The notes beneath the pieces are model-generated. The model worked only from the letters and a program-made list of their open reading frames with translations, was not told the DNA's origin and searched no databases. From positions 253,642,001-253,706,000 of the forward strand of contig OZ024742.1 in NCBI GenBank assembly GCA_964016885.1: 64,000 bases of DNA. The letters are read 5' to 3'. Origin of the DNA: Eledone cirrhosa. Lineage: Eukaryota. This document shows positions 11,818 through 24,344 of this stretch, piece after piece. The first letter of the stretch is position 1, and each line of letters begins with the position of its first letter. Position numbers and translations under genes: made by a program.

Positions 11818-12760
11818 CTTTCTTTATTAACCACAAGGGTTTACACAAAGTAAGACATTAAGGACAATACAAGACAATACAGGACGGTACAAATGGGAAT
11901 TTCAGCATGTAAAAATACCAAAAATCAGAGTATGTAACAAAAACGAAACAATGAAAAATTCCCCAAAAGGGGGGAGACTTCCGAGGGACATTTGTGAAGA
12001 AAGCCCACTAAAAAAGCCACGGTGATCCTGACCACCAGGGCAAGTGCCCTCTCCCAGTTTTCCACCTCAATTTACAAGCACATACTCAGAGAAGGCCCCT
12101 TCACATGGGCCATTCTTGCCTCTCTCACCCATCTTTCAACAAAATGCTTGGAAGAGAGCAATTCCCTCTCTACTCTGATTTTCCTTTTCAAATGAAATTT
12201 GAAAAAGTTAATCAGGGTATCACCGAAGAGGTAAGTGCTCGTCTTCAGCCCTTTCAAATGCGTCCATCAAACTATCTCTTTCGCCATGGCCATCAGACAG
12301 ATAAAAACTGCCTGCCCTTCCCGGCTAAAGGAAGCAGGCGGTGAAATCTTCACGACAGACTCAGCTGATAGTCGGATCCATCCTACACGCAACAGCACGT
12401 GTTCGACATAAACCCACAAGTGAACGAGTGCGTGCAGGACGGTTTCGTCACCCTGCGCACATCTCGGACATGCCCGGCTGACAGCACTTCCATGCCTGTA
12501 GAGTTTATCCTGAACTGGCAAAGCTCCTTGGTAGCACTACCAGGCCAGGGATTTCTGGAAGTTGTGCATAGGCCCCAGCCCGAAAATTCTTCTGAAGAGA
12601 TTGGCTAGTTGATTTTCGTCGACACCTAGAGTTTCTCCAAGTACGTCGTTGCTCTTCCCCTCCACTAATCCTCTATAGAACGCCAAGGTGGAGTTTCCAC
12701 CGATCACATTGCCCAACTGGTCGAGGGCTGTGAGCGCCTGAAGACATTCCAGTCTCCCAA
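11817..12760 (-). mobile_element. L1/Tx1-type LINE 3' fragment
   Basis: Translations (FQKSLAW, CPRC..DETVLHALVH, ERWVREARM) parallel the 3' end of 24345-27273. Confidence 0.85.
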
Positions 12761-12924
12761 CAATAACAATGATGGTTTCTACTTTTGGCACAAGGCCAGC
12801 AATTATGTCAGTGCATTACTGGTACTCTATTTTATCGACCCCATGAGGATGAAAGACAAAGTTAACCTCGGCGGGATTTGAACTCAGATCATAAACGGCC
12901 GTAACTCTATGCTGCAAAGCATAA

Positions 12925-13435
12925 AGTAGACCACACACCAGAAAGTGATAAATATAGAATCTGTGGCATGAATGGAGAAGCTGTATGGCATATTACCAGT
13001 CAATATATACCACTAACTCAGGAAGAATATATGACAACATAGCAAGGATAGTCTATTGGGCACTTTGTAGCAAATATACACTTGACAGAGTAGAAAAGTG
13101 GTACGTACATAACCTTAAGTGCATTATCGAAAATGGTGATGCAAAGATACTGTGGGACTTTGTGATACATGTAGTCACTGAAATAGGTGGTTGTAATACA
13201 AATAATAGTTGGAATCTTGGGAACAGGGAGTAAAGATCTTGAGAAGTACATTAAACAAATAGGGATTGCAATATGGATGGAACACTTACAAAAAACAGCA
13301 TTGCTTGAAGCAGCTCGAATATTTCAGAGGGTACTCGAAAAATAAGGAGTGTTACCTCAATTCACTAGTAGTGAACAGCTAACACTGCAATACTTCTCCA
13401 ACATTAAAAGATGACAGAAGAAACAATAATAATAA
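12925..13435 (+). mobile_element. Degraded R4/Dong-type 3' fragment
   Basis: DNIARIVYW.LC, KWY.H, ENGDAKILWDF, LQKTALL remnants; (AAT) tail. Confidence 0.7.
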
Positions 13436-13604
13436 TGGTTTCTGATTCAAGCACAAGGCCAGCAAGTGCATTAAGGATGAAAGGCAAAACTAATCACGGT
13501 GGGATATGAACTCAGAACATAAAGAGCCAGAATAAATACTGCTAAGTATTTGTCTGATACTCTAATGACACTGCTATTCTACTGCCTCTCAATAATAATA
13601 ATAA

Positions 13605-14225
13605 TCAAATGCTCCAAACTTACCCAAAGAGAATAAATACAAGAAAAGACATGACAACATAGCATGCCTCTTTCACTGGAAGATTTGTAAGAAGTTTTGT
13701 CTTGAGAGAGCTAATAGACGGTATGAACATACAGCAAAGAGTGTTATTGATAATGGTGAGGTTAAGATATTGTAGGATTTCATGATACAATGTTACAATA
13801 TGATTGCAGGAAGAAAGCTAGATATAGTAATTGTCAACAAGAAAACCAAACATTGTATTATAATAGATATTGGAGTTCCTGGTGACAGTGGATGAAACAG
13901 AGCGAGAGAAGATAAACAATATGGAGATCTCAAACAGGAAGTTACCAGATTATGGTAAATAAAACAAGTAGAAATAGTGTCTTTAGTAGTTGGAGCTCTT
14001 GGAACGGTGTCAAGAAATTTTGGGGATTGGCTTGGGAAGCTTGGAATGAAAATAAAAATATACAAACTACAAAAGACAGCCTTGTTAGGAACAGCAAGAA
14101 TTTTGAGAAAAGTCTTAGAGACTTAAATTTGAAGAAAGCTTTGGAACCTCTGGTCATTTGTTCTGACTTACTTCCAAAGCTTAAATTCTGTTGAAGATCT
14201 TTCAGCATTTAACACAATAATAATG
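13605..14225 (+). mobile_element. Degraded R4/Dong-type 3' fragment
   Basis: RHDNIA..FHWKICK, IIDIGVPGD, VVGALGTV, LQKTALLGTARILRKVL remnants; preceded by (AAT)n. Confidence 0.75.
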
Positions 14226-15154
14226 GTAATGATTTATTTATTTATTATTTATTTATTTATTATTTATTTATTATTTATTTATTTAATAATGGTTTCTGAT
14301 CTAGGTATAAGGTCAACAACTTTGGTTTGAGGGGAAAGTCGATTAAATTGACCCTGGTGTGTCACTGGTACTTTATTCTATTGACACCGTAAGGATAAAA
14401 GGCAAAGCTAACCTCAACAGGATTTGAAATCAGAACGTAACAAGATGCAACTTAGACATACAACTGCACAACCATGCAGACATAGAGACATACAGCTATA
14501 CAGACATACAGACATACAGCCATACAAATATACAGACATGCGACCTCACAGCTATACAGACATGCAGCCACACAGCTATACAGCCAAACAGCCATACAGA
14601 CACACAGCCATACAGACATACAGAAACAGAGACACACACACAGACACACTATCATACACCCACACACAAAAAAGAAGAACTTGATAGAATGTTGGTTGGA
14701 TATAATGGATGACCAACATGAAAGTGACATGATGTTTTAATGTGTTCCATTGTTTTGAAATAATCACTAATGTCTCCTTTTTGTTTGATTTTGTTTTGTT
14801 TTGAAAATGTTTCTTGCAGTTAAAAGATAATAATTTCTGATAATTTCAGTTGTCAAGTTGATTATTATTTTGATTAATATTTTTAGCTGAAGTAAAAAGA
14901 AAAAACAATAAATAAAAAGGTAACAGAATAAGATAGGTGTTTTGGAATAAATTTATAATAAAATAAATACAGTGAATATATGGAGCAATTATTCTGAAAC
15001 CAGAGTATTTTTATTCCAGGGGAGGAATTTGGCTCTCAATGGAAGAATTCATATCCTGGAGGAGGAATTCAACTGGAAAAGAATAATATATGTAGTGTAT
15101 ATAGTGTATATATAACAGGAAATACCAACATACCCAACTAATGTATATATAAAT

Positions 15155-15800
15155 ATATCTCTTGTGACGCTAAACTCCACCAGTTGCAGTCTGCGCATTT
15201 ACATGTGATATCTCTCTCCACAAAGTTTGATCACCAGCAGCAGAGTTCAAAGAGCAAAGATTAAGACCAGTCCATAAGTTGATATTGTCAAGCCATCGTT
15301 TTGGTTACCGGCCTCTGCTTCTCTTACCAGCCAACCTTCCTTCCAGGCATAACCTACTTACACCATGAGTTGATCTTTTTATATGGCTGTATAGTTTGAG
15401 TACTCTTGACTTGACAATTGATGTAATTGGTCTAAGTTTGGTAATGTTGAGCAGCTCACTGATACAGATACAGTTGCTGAGCTGCTTGCCAGTCATAAGT
15501 GTCATGATGTGGTTCTGGAATTTAGAGATATGCTGATATGACCTTGTCATCCAATTAACACAGTCAAGACCATATAACACAACTAGTAGGATGTAAGTAT
15601 CAAAGATCTTAGCCTTCAAATGATAGGAAACTCATTTTGATGTTAGTACTTCCTTGTTCTTGTTGAAAGCTGCCCAATCTAGAGTGATTCGATATTGCGC
15701 AGAAACCATTCCATTGTAGTTTGATGATAGTTTTGTGACTGAGATATACAAACTCCATAACTTGAGCAATTTGCTGGTTGTAGATTGTGAGTTGGAGATT
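15155..15800 (-). mobile_element. Degraded RTE-like LINE 3' fragment (different family)
   Basis: KAKIFDTYIL.VVLYG...LKLYSHIKR...LEGRLAGKRSRGR resembles an RTE C-terminus. Confidence 0.65.
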
Positions 15801-15992
15801 GGCATTGTTTTTATGAATATATATATAATAGTAAAAATGAAAAAACAGTAGAAAATGCTAATGTGATTTTCTCATAGTATAACAGCAAAATATTTATTTG
15901 CAAAAAAGGAATTTATCATACCTGTTTCAGCCACATGGGCTTCTCCATGCTATGGAAGTGTATGATAACATTTATAATGGAGTTAAGTTGTA

Positions 15993-16342
15993 TCATCATC
16001 ATCATCATCATCATTTCATTTTACGTCCGCTTTTCCCTGCTTGCAAGGGTAGGACGGGAACTGATTCTGGCTTGATTTCTATAGCTGGATGCCCTTCCTA
16101 ACACCAACCTCAATTACAGTGAGTGCTGGGTGCTTTTTTGCCGTGGCACCTACACGACCACTTTGCAGTGGAATGATAGGGACCGCAGTCCCTATCATCT
16201 CATTTCTACAGCTGAGTAAACTGGAGCAATGTGAAATAAAGTGTCTTGCTCAAGGAAACAACACATCACCCGGTCTGAGAATTGAACTCATAACCTTTCG
16301 ATTGCAAGGCCAATGCTCTAACCACTAAGCCATGTGCCTCCA
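15993..16342 (-). mobile_element. tRNA-derived SINE with RTE tail
   Basis: Near-identical to 4531-4879. Confidence 0.9.
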
Positions 16343-16821
16343 TGTATATTAATAAGAATATGGTATAAAATAACATGGCTTACATATATTTAGAAGAGTT
16401 CACATTTTTGTTTATTGCTTTCTCTCTTTCTCTCCTTGGTAGTGTTGATTATAACTGCAGCAGTGGTAGTGAAAGTAGCAGAGGAGAGCTATACAAGCCC
16501 TAAGAGGTTCATTCTGTCATAACCATAACAGAAGTCTGACATACTTTTGTTTCCAGAGTCAGGCTAGATTGATACAGATCGAACCTTGAGCTGACCATAC
16601 TCAATAAATGTAATGAAGACCTAACAAATCGTCCTTTTATTATTAGTATATATATATATTTATATATATGTATATATATAAATATGCAATCTCATAGATT
16701 CATTGAGTGGGTGAGTCGTTGACTGGAAACCGTTGAATTAATATCAACAATTTTCGTAACCATTGTATATATATATATTCCATCCCGCCCGTCCCCTCAA
16801 TCTATTTTATTTCTCATTCTT

Positions 16822-16857
16822 TCTTCTGATGAAGGACTGGCGTCCGAAACGTTAAGA
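16822..16857 (+). ncRNA. Minimal type I hammerhead ribozyme
   Basis: TCTT-CTGATGA-A-GGAC tggc GTCC-GAAA-CG-TT-AAGA; helix III reduced to the palindrome ACGT. Confidence 0.75.
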
Positions 16858-16944
16858 TCCTCTTCCTGCTATATCAAGCGTTAATCTATTATATACCTTC
16901 CATATACTGTACCGATTGTGTTGTTATTTCTGTTTACCTTTTAC

Positions 16945-16983
<39 letters not shown>

Positions 16984-16985
<2 letters not shown>

Positions 16986-17272
16986 AGTCTAAAGCAGGGT
17001 TTGTGAACTGTTATTTCATAATCACCCTTGTAGTTTGGTATATTAGTATTTCATGTGATTTATATACAATGCACACATTAGTGTACATTGTATATATATA
17101 TCAAATTAAATACCAATATACCAAACTATTCTGTACATTGTATATATATCAAATAAAATAATAATATACTAAACAAGCGTGTGAATTGTATATATATCAC
17201 ATGAAATACCAATATACCCAACTATAAGGGCGATTATGAAATAACAGTTCAGAAGACCCTGCTTCAGACTTA
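16984..17272. repeat. Fold-back inverted repeat (~93-bp arms)
   Basis: 16984-17076 is a diverged reverse complement of 17179-17272. Confidence 0.8.
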
Positions 17273-17354
17273 AGCCACAGTTTGAAACCTTTGCTCATGT
17301 TAATATGGTGCTTGAGTGAAAAATGACTTGGTGACAATGTCAAATGAAGGAAGA

Positions 17355-17860
17355 ATAGGACTTGGGTCTGTGAGGGTTTTTGAGGAGTGTGATCTGGGTC
17401 TGAGAGAGGAAAAGTGTAACTTGGGCTGTGAGAAGTGTGTCCTGGGGATGTGAGGTGGGGGTGGTGTCCGGGTCTGTGAGGAGTGCGACCTGGGTCTGTG
17501 AAGGAAGGAGTCTGATCAGGGTTTGTAAGAGAAGACGTGTGACTTGGGCTGTGAGTAGAGTGACCTTGGTCTGTGAGGAGTGTAACCTTGGTCTGTGAGA
17601 AATTTGATCTGGGTTTGTGAGGACTCTGTCCTTGGTCTGTGAGGAGTGTGACTTGGGTCTGTAAGGAATGTGACCTGTGTCTGTGAGGAGAGGAGTGTGA
17701 CCTGTGTCTGTGAGGGGAGGAGTATGACCTGGGTCGGTGAGGGGTATGTTCTGAGCCTGTGAAAAGAGGACTCTGACCTGTGTCTATGAGGAGAGGAGCG
17801 TGACTTGGGTCCAGGAGGAGTATGACATTGGTTCATGAGGAGTGTGACCTGGGTCTGTCA
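17355..17860. repeat. Degenerate ~22-bp minisatellite
   Basis: Repeated GAGGAGTGTGACCTGGGTCTGT. Confidence 0.85.
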
Positions 17861-18439
17861 GAAACAGTGAAGTACATAGAGGAAGAATATGACAAAGGTC
17901 TATAAAAAACAGTATATTAGATGCAAGAGTAAAAGAACAAATAAAATGTTGGCTTAATTAATGGTTCTCAAGAGTCTTTTGAGTGTTGGACAAAAGAATT
18001 TGGGATGTTTGTTCTGGCTGTTTATGTTCAAGTGTTTTCCTTGCTAGAGCAGTGGTCAGCCTTTTCATCCTCCACAAAGTCCTTTTTTGAGGTAATGTTT
18101 TATAGATGAATACCCTTCCTGATGCCAACACTTTTAGTCACCTCTTATGACACACAAAATATAGTATATGCCAAGACCAACTTTGCCATTCACATTTCTG
18201 GGATTGATAAAATTAAATACAGGTATTGGGTAATAGGCTTCCAGTGTCACTTTTCAGACCTTCAATGACCCCCTTAGGGCTGTACCCCCCACTTTGGGAA
18301 TCACTGCTCAATTAAATCTTGCTTATATCATTCTCAATTTTTCTGAAAATTAGACAGACATGCAGCACACATAGTATAGAACTCGATACACTATTATAAG
18401 ATAGAGAGTCATAGATGGAAGTCTTGGACATTTTGAAAT

Positions 18440-21400
18440 TAAACATCACCACCAACAACAATATCAGAAATAACAACAAGAAAAATAACAAGAACAACAC
18501 TATCAGCCACAACAACATCAACAATGTCAAGAATGACAACACCATCAACATCACCAACAACATCGCCAGCAACCATAACCTCAACACTAACAACACACCG
18601 CAACCAACAAATCACCATCACAAAACTAACAACAAACACCCACAACTTCATCACCACACACAGCATCAGCAGAACCCACATCACAACAACCCACACCACC
18701 ACAACCCACACCATCACAACCCACATCACCACAACCAACACCACCACAACCCACACTACCACCACACACATCACTAAAACACACACCACCACAATCCTCA
18801 ACCATCATAACACACACCACCACAACCCACACCAACACCACCACCAACACCACCACCACCACCCACACCACCACCACAACCCACAGCACCACACATATCA
18901 CCACAACCCACACCACCACAACCCACAACACCACAACCCACATCACCACAACCCACACCACCACAACCCACATCACCACAACCCACACCACCACAACCCA
19001 CATCACCACAACCCACAACACCACAACCCACACCACCAAAACCCACATCACCAAAGCCCACATTACCACAACCCACATTACCACAACCCACACCAACACA
19101 ACCCACACCACCACAACCCACACCACCACAACCCACATCACCACAACCAACACCACCACCACCCACACCACCACCACCCACACCACCACCACCCACACCA
19201 CCACTGCCCACACCCCCACAACCCACATCACCACAACATACACCACCACAACCCTCACCACCACCACCCACACTGCCACCACCCACACTGCCACAACCCA
19301 CACCACCACAACCCACACGACCACAACCCACACCCCCACAACCCACACCCCCACAACCCACACCACAACCACCCACATCACCACAACCCACATCACAACA
19401 TACCACACCACCACAAACCACATGACCACAATCCACACCACCATAACCCACATCACCACAACGCACACCACCACAACCCACAACACCACCACTACCTACA
19501 CCACCACAACCCACATGACCACAACCCACACCACCACAACCCACACAACAACAAACCACATAACCACAACACACACCACCACAAACCACATCACCACAAC
19601 CCACACCACGACAACCCACACCACGACAACCCACACCACCACAACCCACATCACCACAACCCACACCACCAAAACCCACACCACCAAAACCCACACCACC
19701 ATAAACCACACCACCACAACCCACATCACCATAACCAACCCCACCACAACCCACAACACCACAACCCACACCACCAAAACCCACATCACCAAAGCCCACA
19801 TTACCACAACCCACATTACCACAACCCACACCAACACAACCCACACCACCACAATCCACATCACCACCACCACAACCAACACCACCACAACCCACACCAT
19901 CACAAATGACATAACCACAACACACACCACCACAACCCACATCAGCATAACCCACATCACCATAACCCACCCCACCACAACCCACATCACCCCACAACCC
20001 ACACCACCAAAACCCACATCATCACAACCCACATTACCACATCCCACACCAACACAACCCACAGCACCACAAACCAAACCACTACAACCCTCACCACCAC
20101 AACCAACATCACCAAAACCCACACCACCACAACCCATACCACCAAAACCATCCACACCACCACAACCGACATGACCACAACCCACACCACCACAACCCAC
20201 ACCACCACAACACACACCAACATAACACAAACCACCACAACCCACACCACCACCATATCCCACACCACCACAAGACACACCACCACAACCCACACCACCA
20301 CATACACCACCACCACCCACACCAACACAAACCACACCACCACCACACCATCACAACACACATCACCACAACCCACCCCTCCACAACCCACATCATCACA
20401 ACCCACACCACCAAAACCCACACCACCACAAGACACCCCACCACAACCCAAACCACCACAACCCACACCACCACAACCCCCTCCCCCCACACACACCACC
20501 ACAACCCACACCACCACAACACACACGACAACACACACCACCACAACCCACACCACCACAACCCACACCACCACAACCCACAGCACCACCACCATCACAA
20601 TCCACACCACCACCACCACAACCGACACCACCACAACCCACACCACAACCACCCACACCACCTACATCCGAAGCCACCACAACCCACAGTACCACAAACC
20701 ACATCACCAAAACCCACATCACAACAAACAAACAAACAACACCAGCACAAACCACATGACCACAATCCACACCACCATAACCCACACCACCACAACCCAC
20801 AACACCACCACTACCCAGACCACCACAACCCACATTTCCACAACCCACACCACCACAACACACACAACAACAACCCACACCACGACAAACCACATAACCA
20901 GAACACACACCACCACAGCCCACATCACCACAACCTACACCACCAATACCCACACCACCACAAACCACATCACCATATCCCACACCACCACAACCCTCAT
21001 CACGACAACCCACACCACCCAAACCCACATCATCACAACCCACATTACCACAACCCACATTAACACAACCCACACCACTACAACCCACCCCACAACAACC
21101 AACACCACCACAACCCACACCACCACAACCCACACACCACAACACACACCACCATAACCCACAACACCACAAACCACACTACCACCACCCACACCACCAC
21201 CACCCACACCACCACAAACCCACACCACCACAACTCACATTACCACAACCCACATCACAACAACCCACACAACCACAAACCACATCACCACAACCCACAC
21301 CATCACAACCCACACCACCACAACCCACACCACCACAATGCTCACCACCACAACCCACACCACCAAAACCCACACCACCACCACAACCCACACCACCACA

Positions 21401-23270
21401 ACCCACACCAACAGAAACCACACCATCACAACCTACACCACCACAAAACACATCACCACAACCTACCCCTCGAAAACCCACACCACCACAACCCACACCA
21501 GCACAACCCACACCCCACAATCTACACCACCACAACCCACACCACCACAACACACACCACAGAACCCACACCACCACAACCCACACCAACACAACCCACA
21601 CCATCACAAACCACACCACCACAACCCACACCATCACAAACCACACCACCACAACCCACACCACCACAACCCACACCACCACACCACACACCACCACAAC
21701 CCACATCACCACAACCCACAAAACCAAAACCCACATCACCAACACCCACACCACCACAACACACACCACCGCAACACACACCACCGCCACCCACACCACC
21801 ACCACATACACCACCACAGCCCACATGACCACAACCCACATAACCACAACCCACACCACCACAAACCACATCACCACAATACACCACCACAACCCACACC
21901 AGCACCACCCACACTACCACCACCCACACCACCACAACCAACACCACCACAACCCACACTACCAGACCCACATCGCAACAACCCACACCATCTCAACCCA
22001 CGCCTCACCACCCACACCACCACCACAACCCACACCACCACAACCCACACCACCACCACAACACATATCACCACAACCCACACCACCACAACCCACACCA
22101 CCACAAACTACACCACCACAAGCACACCAGCACAACCCACACCAACACAACACCACCACAACCCACACCACCGCAACCCACACCACCCACCACCCACAAC
22201 CCACACCACCACTACAACTCACCAACACAACCCACACTACCACAACTTACACCACCACAACATACCTCACCACAACACACACCACCACAACACACACCAC
22301 CACAACCCACACCACCACAACCTACACCAACACAACCCACACCACCACAACCCACACACCATAACCCACACCACCACAACCTACACCACCACAACCCACA
22401 CCACCACAACCCATACCACTACAACCCACAACCCACACCACCACAACCCACACTACCACAACCCACACCACCACAACCTACACCACCACAACCCACACAC
22501 CATAACCCACACCACCACAACACACACCACCACAACACACACCACCACAACCCACACCACCACAACCCACACACCACAACCCACACCACCACAACACACA
22601 CCACGACAACACACACCATGACAACCCACACCACGACAACCCACACCACCACAACACACACCACCACAACCCACACCACCACCACCACAACCCACATCAC
22701 CTACAGGACACCACCACAACCCACATCACCTACAGGACACCACCACAACCCACACCACCACACCCACACCACAACCCATACCACCACAACCCACACCACA
22801 ACCCATACCATCACAACCCACACTACCACAACCCACACCACCACAACCCACACCACCACAACCCACACCACCACAACACACACCACCACAACACACACCA
22901 CCACAACCCACACCACCACAACACACACCACCACTATCAACACTGCTGATAACACAACTACAACAACAACAACGACAACACCACCACCACCATCACCACC
23001 ACTATCAACACTGCTGATAACACAACTACAACAACAACAACAACGACAATAACGACAACACCACCACCACCATCACCACCACTATCAACACTGCTGATAA
23101 CACAACTACAACAACAACAACAACGACAATAACGACAACACCACCACCACCATCACCACCACTATCAACACTGCTGATAACACCTACAACAACGACAATA
23201 ACGACAACACCACTATCAACACTGCTGATAACAACAACAACAACAACAACAACGACAACGACAATGACAT
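18440..23270. repeat. ~4.8-kb C/A-rich minisatellite, 15-bp unit CCACACCACCACAAC, ending in ~69-bp higher-order repeats
   Basis: Direct reading; gives HHHNP/TTTTH/PPQPT frames that shift repeatedly. Confidence 0.95.
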
Positions 23271-24344
23271 TAGACTTGCCAAAAAATAAGTTGATTGTAT
23301 GTAAACCTTTCGTGATGTTCTTGATTTTTTGAAATTACAACAGATATGAGTTTAACGTATTGCAGATCAATTGTTTGCTACAACACTAAACACTTACCAT
23401 CTCAATTGGAATATTTAGCACGAATCGTTTCCCATTGCGCTTTAGAAGTTACTATTGCATCACCATTGGACCTTCTTAGAAATAAATGCTCGTTTTTATT
23501 CACTAGAAATATTGCAGGGTTATTTGATGCCTTTTACAGGGTCAACTGAATGTAGATGAAGGTTAAATAAATATTCACTTTTCCCTGTTACTTCTCTTTC
23601 ATCTTTCAAAGAACTTATTCAGTTGATTCTGTTTATTCATTTAATATACCCAGTCCCTTTGTGGCTTGAAATTGAATGAAAGAAAAGGTAAAATGAAAAA
23701 CAGAAAGTCAAGCTAACTGTTATTCAAGGTATATTGATTTAAGTTCTTGCCAACCCCCTCTGAAATCAATGCTTTCAAAAGATATGAGTTGTGTAATTCA
23801 CTTTCAACAAGTTCATGCTGCTGTCAGATAACATAGAGATTCAAGGAAAAGTTCAATTGCTGCACAGGCTTTTCTTATTGAAGTCTGAATACCACTGAGA
23901 GAAATAGGTAGAGAGGGAAAGAGGGGGGAAGGGAGAGAAAGGGTGAGAGAAAGGGAGAAGGGTTGAGGAGAGGTGAGAGAGAGAGAGAGAGAGGGAGATA
24001 GGGTGAGAGATAAGGAGAGATATAGGGAGAGAGGGGGATAGGAAGGGGAGATAGGGAGAAAAGTGGAGAGAGAGAGAAAAGGGGAGAGAGAGAGAGAGCT
24101 TTGAAATACACACTCTTTGTACAGACTTATTAAAATGTAGACCATCAAATATCTGGACGTTTTAATATTACTAATGTTTTATACCATGCTGTATGCTAAA
24201 TATCTATCTATCTGTCTATTTATCAATCGGTCTGTTTATCTATCAGTCCGTCTATTCATCTGTCTGTCTATCTATGTATCTATCTATATGTTTGTCTATC
24301 TATCTGGCTACCTGTTTATGTATCTATCAATCTATCTATTTATC

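Noticed and set aside
16695-16740. ATTC...GAAACCGTTGAAT hammerhead-like arrangement
   Set aside because: No recognisable CUGANGA core; too degenerate to call.
17355-17860. CRISPR-like repeat array
   Set aside because: Contiguous degenerate units with no unique spacers, in eukaryotic DNA with no cas genes.
18415-23052. Long His/Pro/Thr-rich and Val/Gly/Cys-rich ORFs suggesting a structural protein
   Set aside because: They arise in all frames on both strands from a 15-bp repeat lacking stop codons; frames shift repeatedly and there is no signal peptide or splice evidence.
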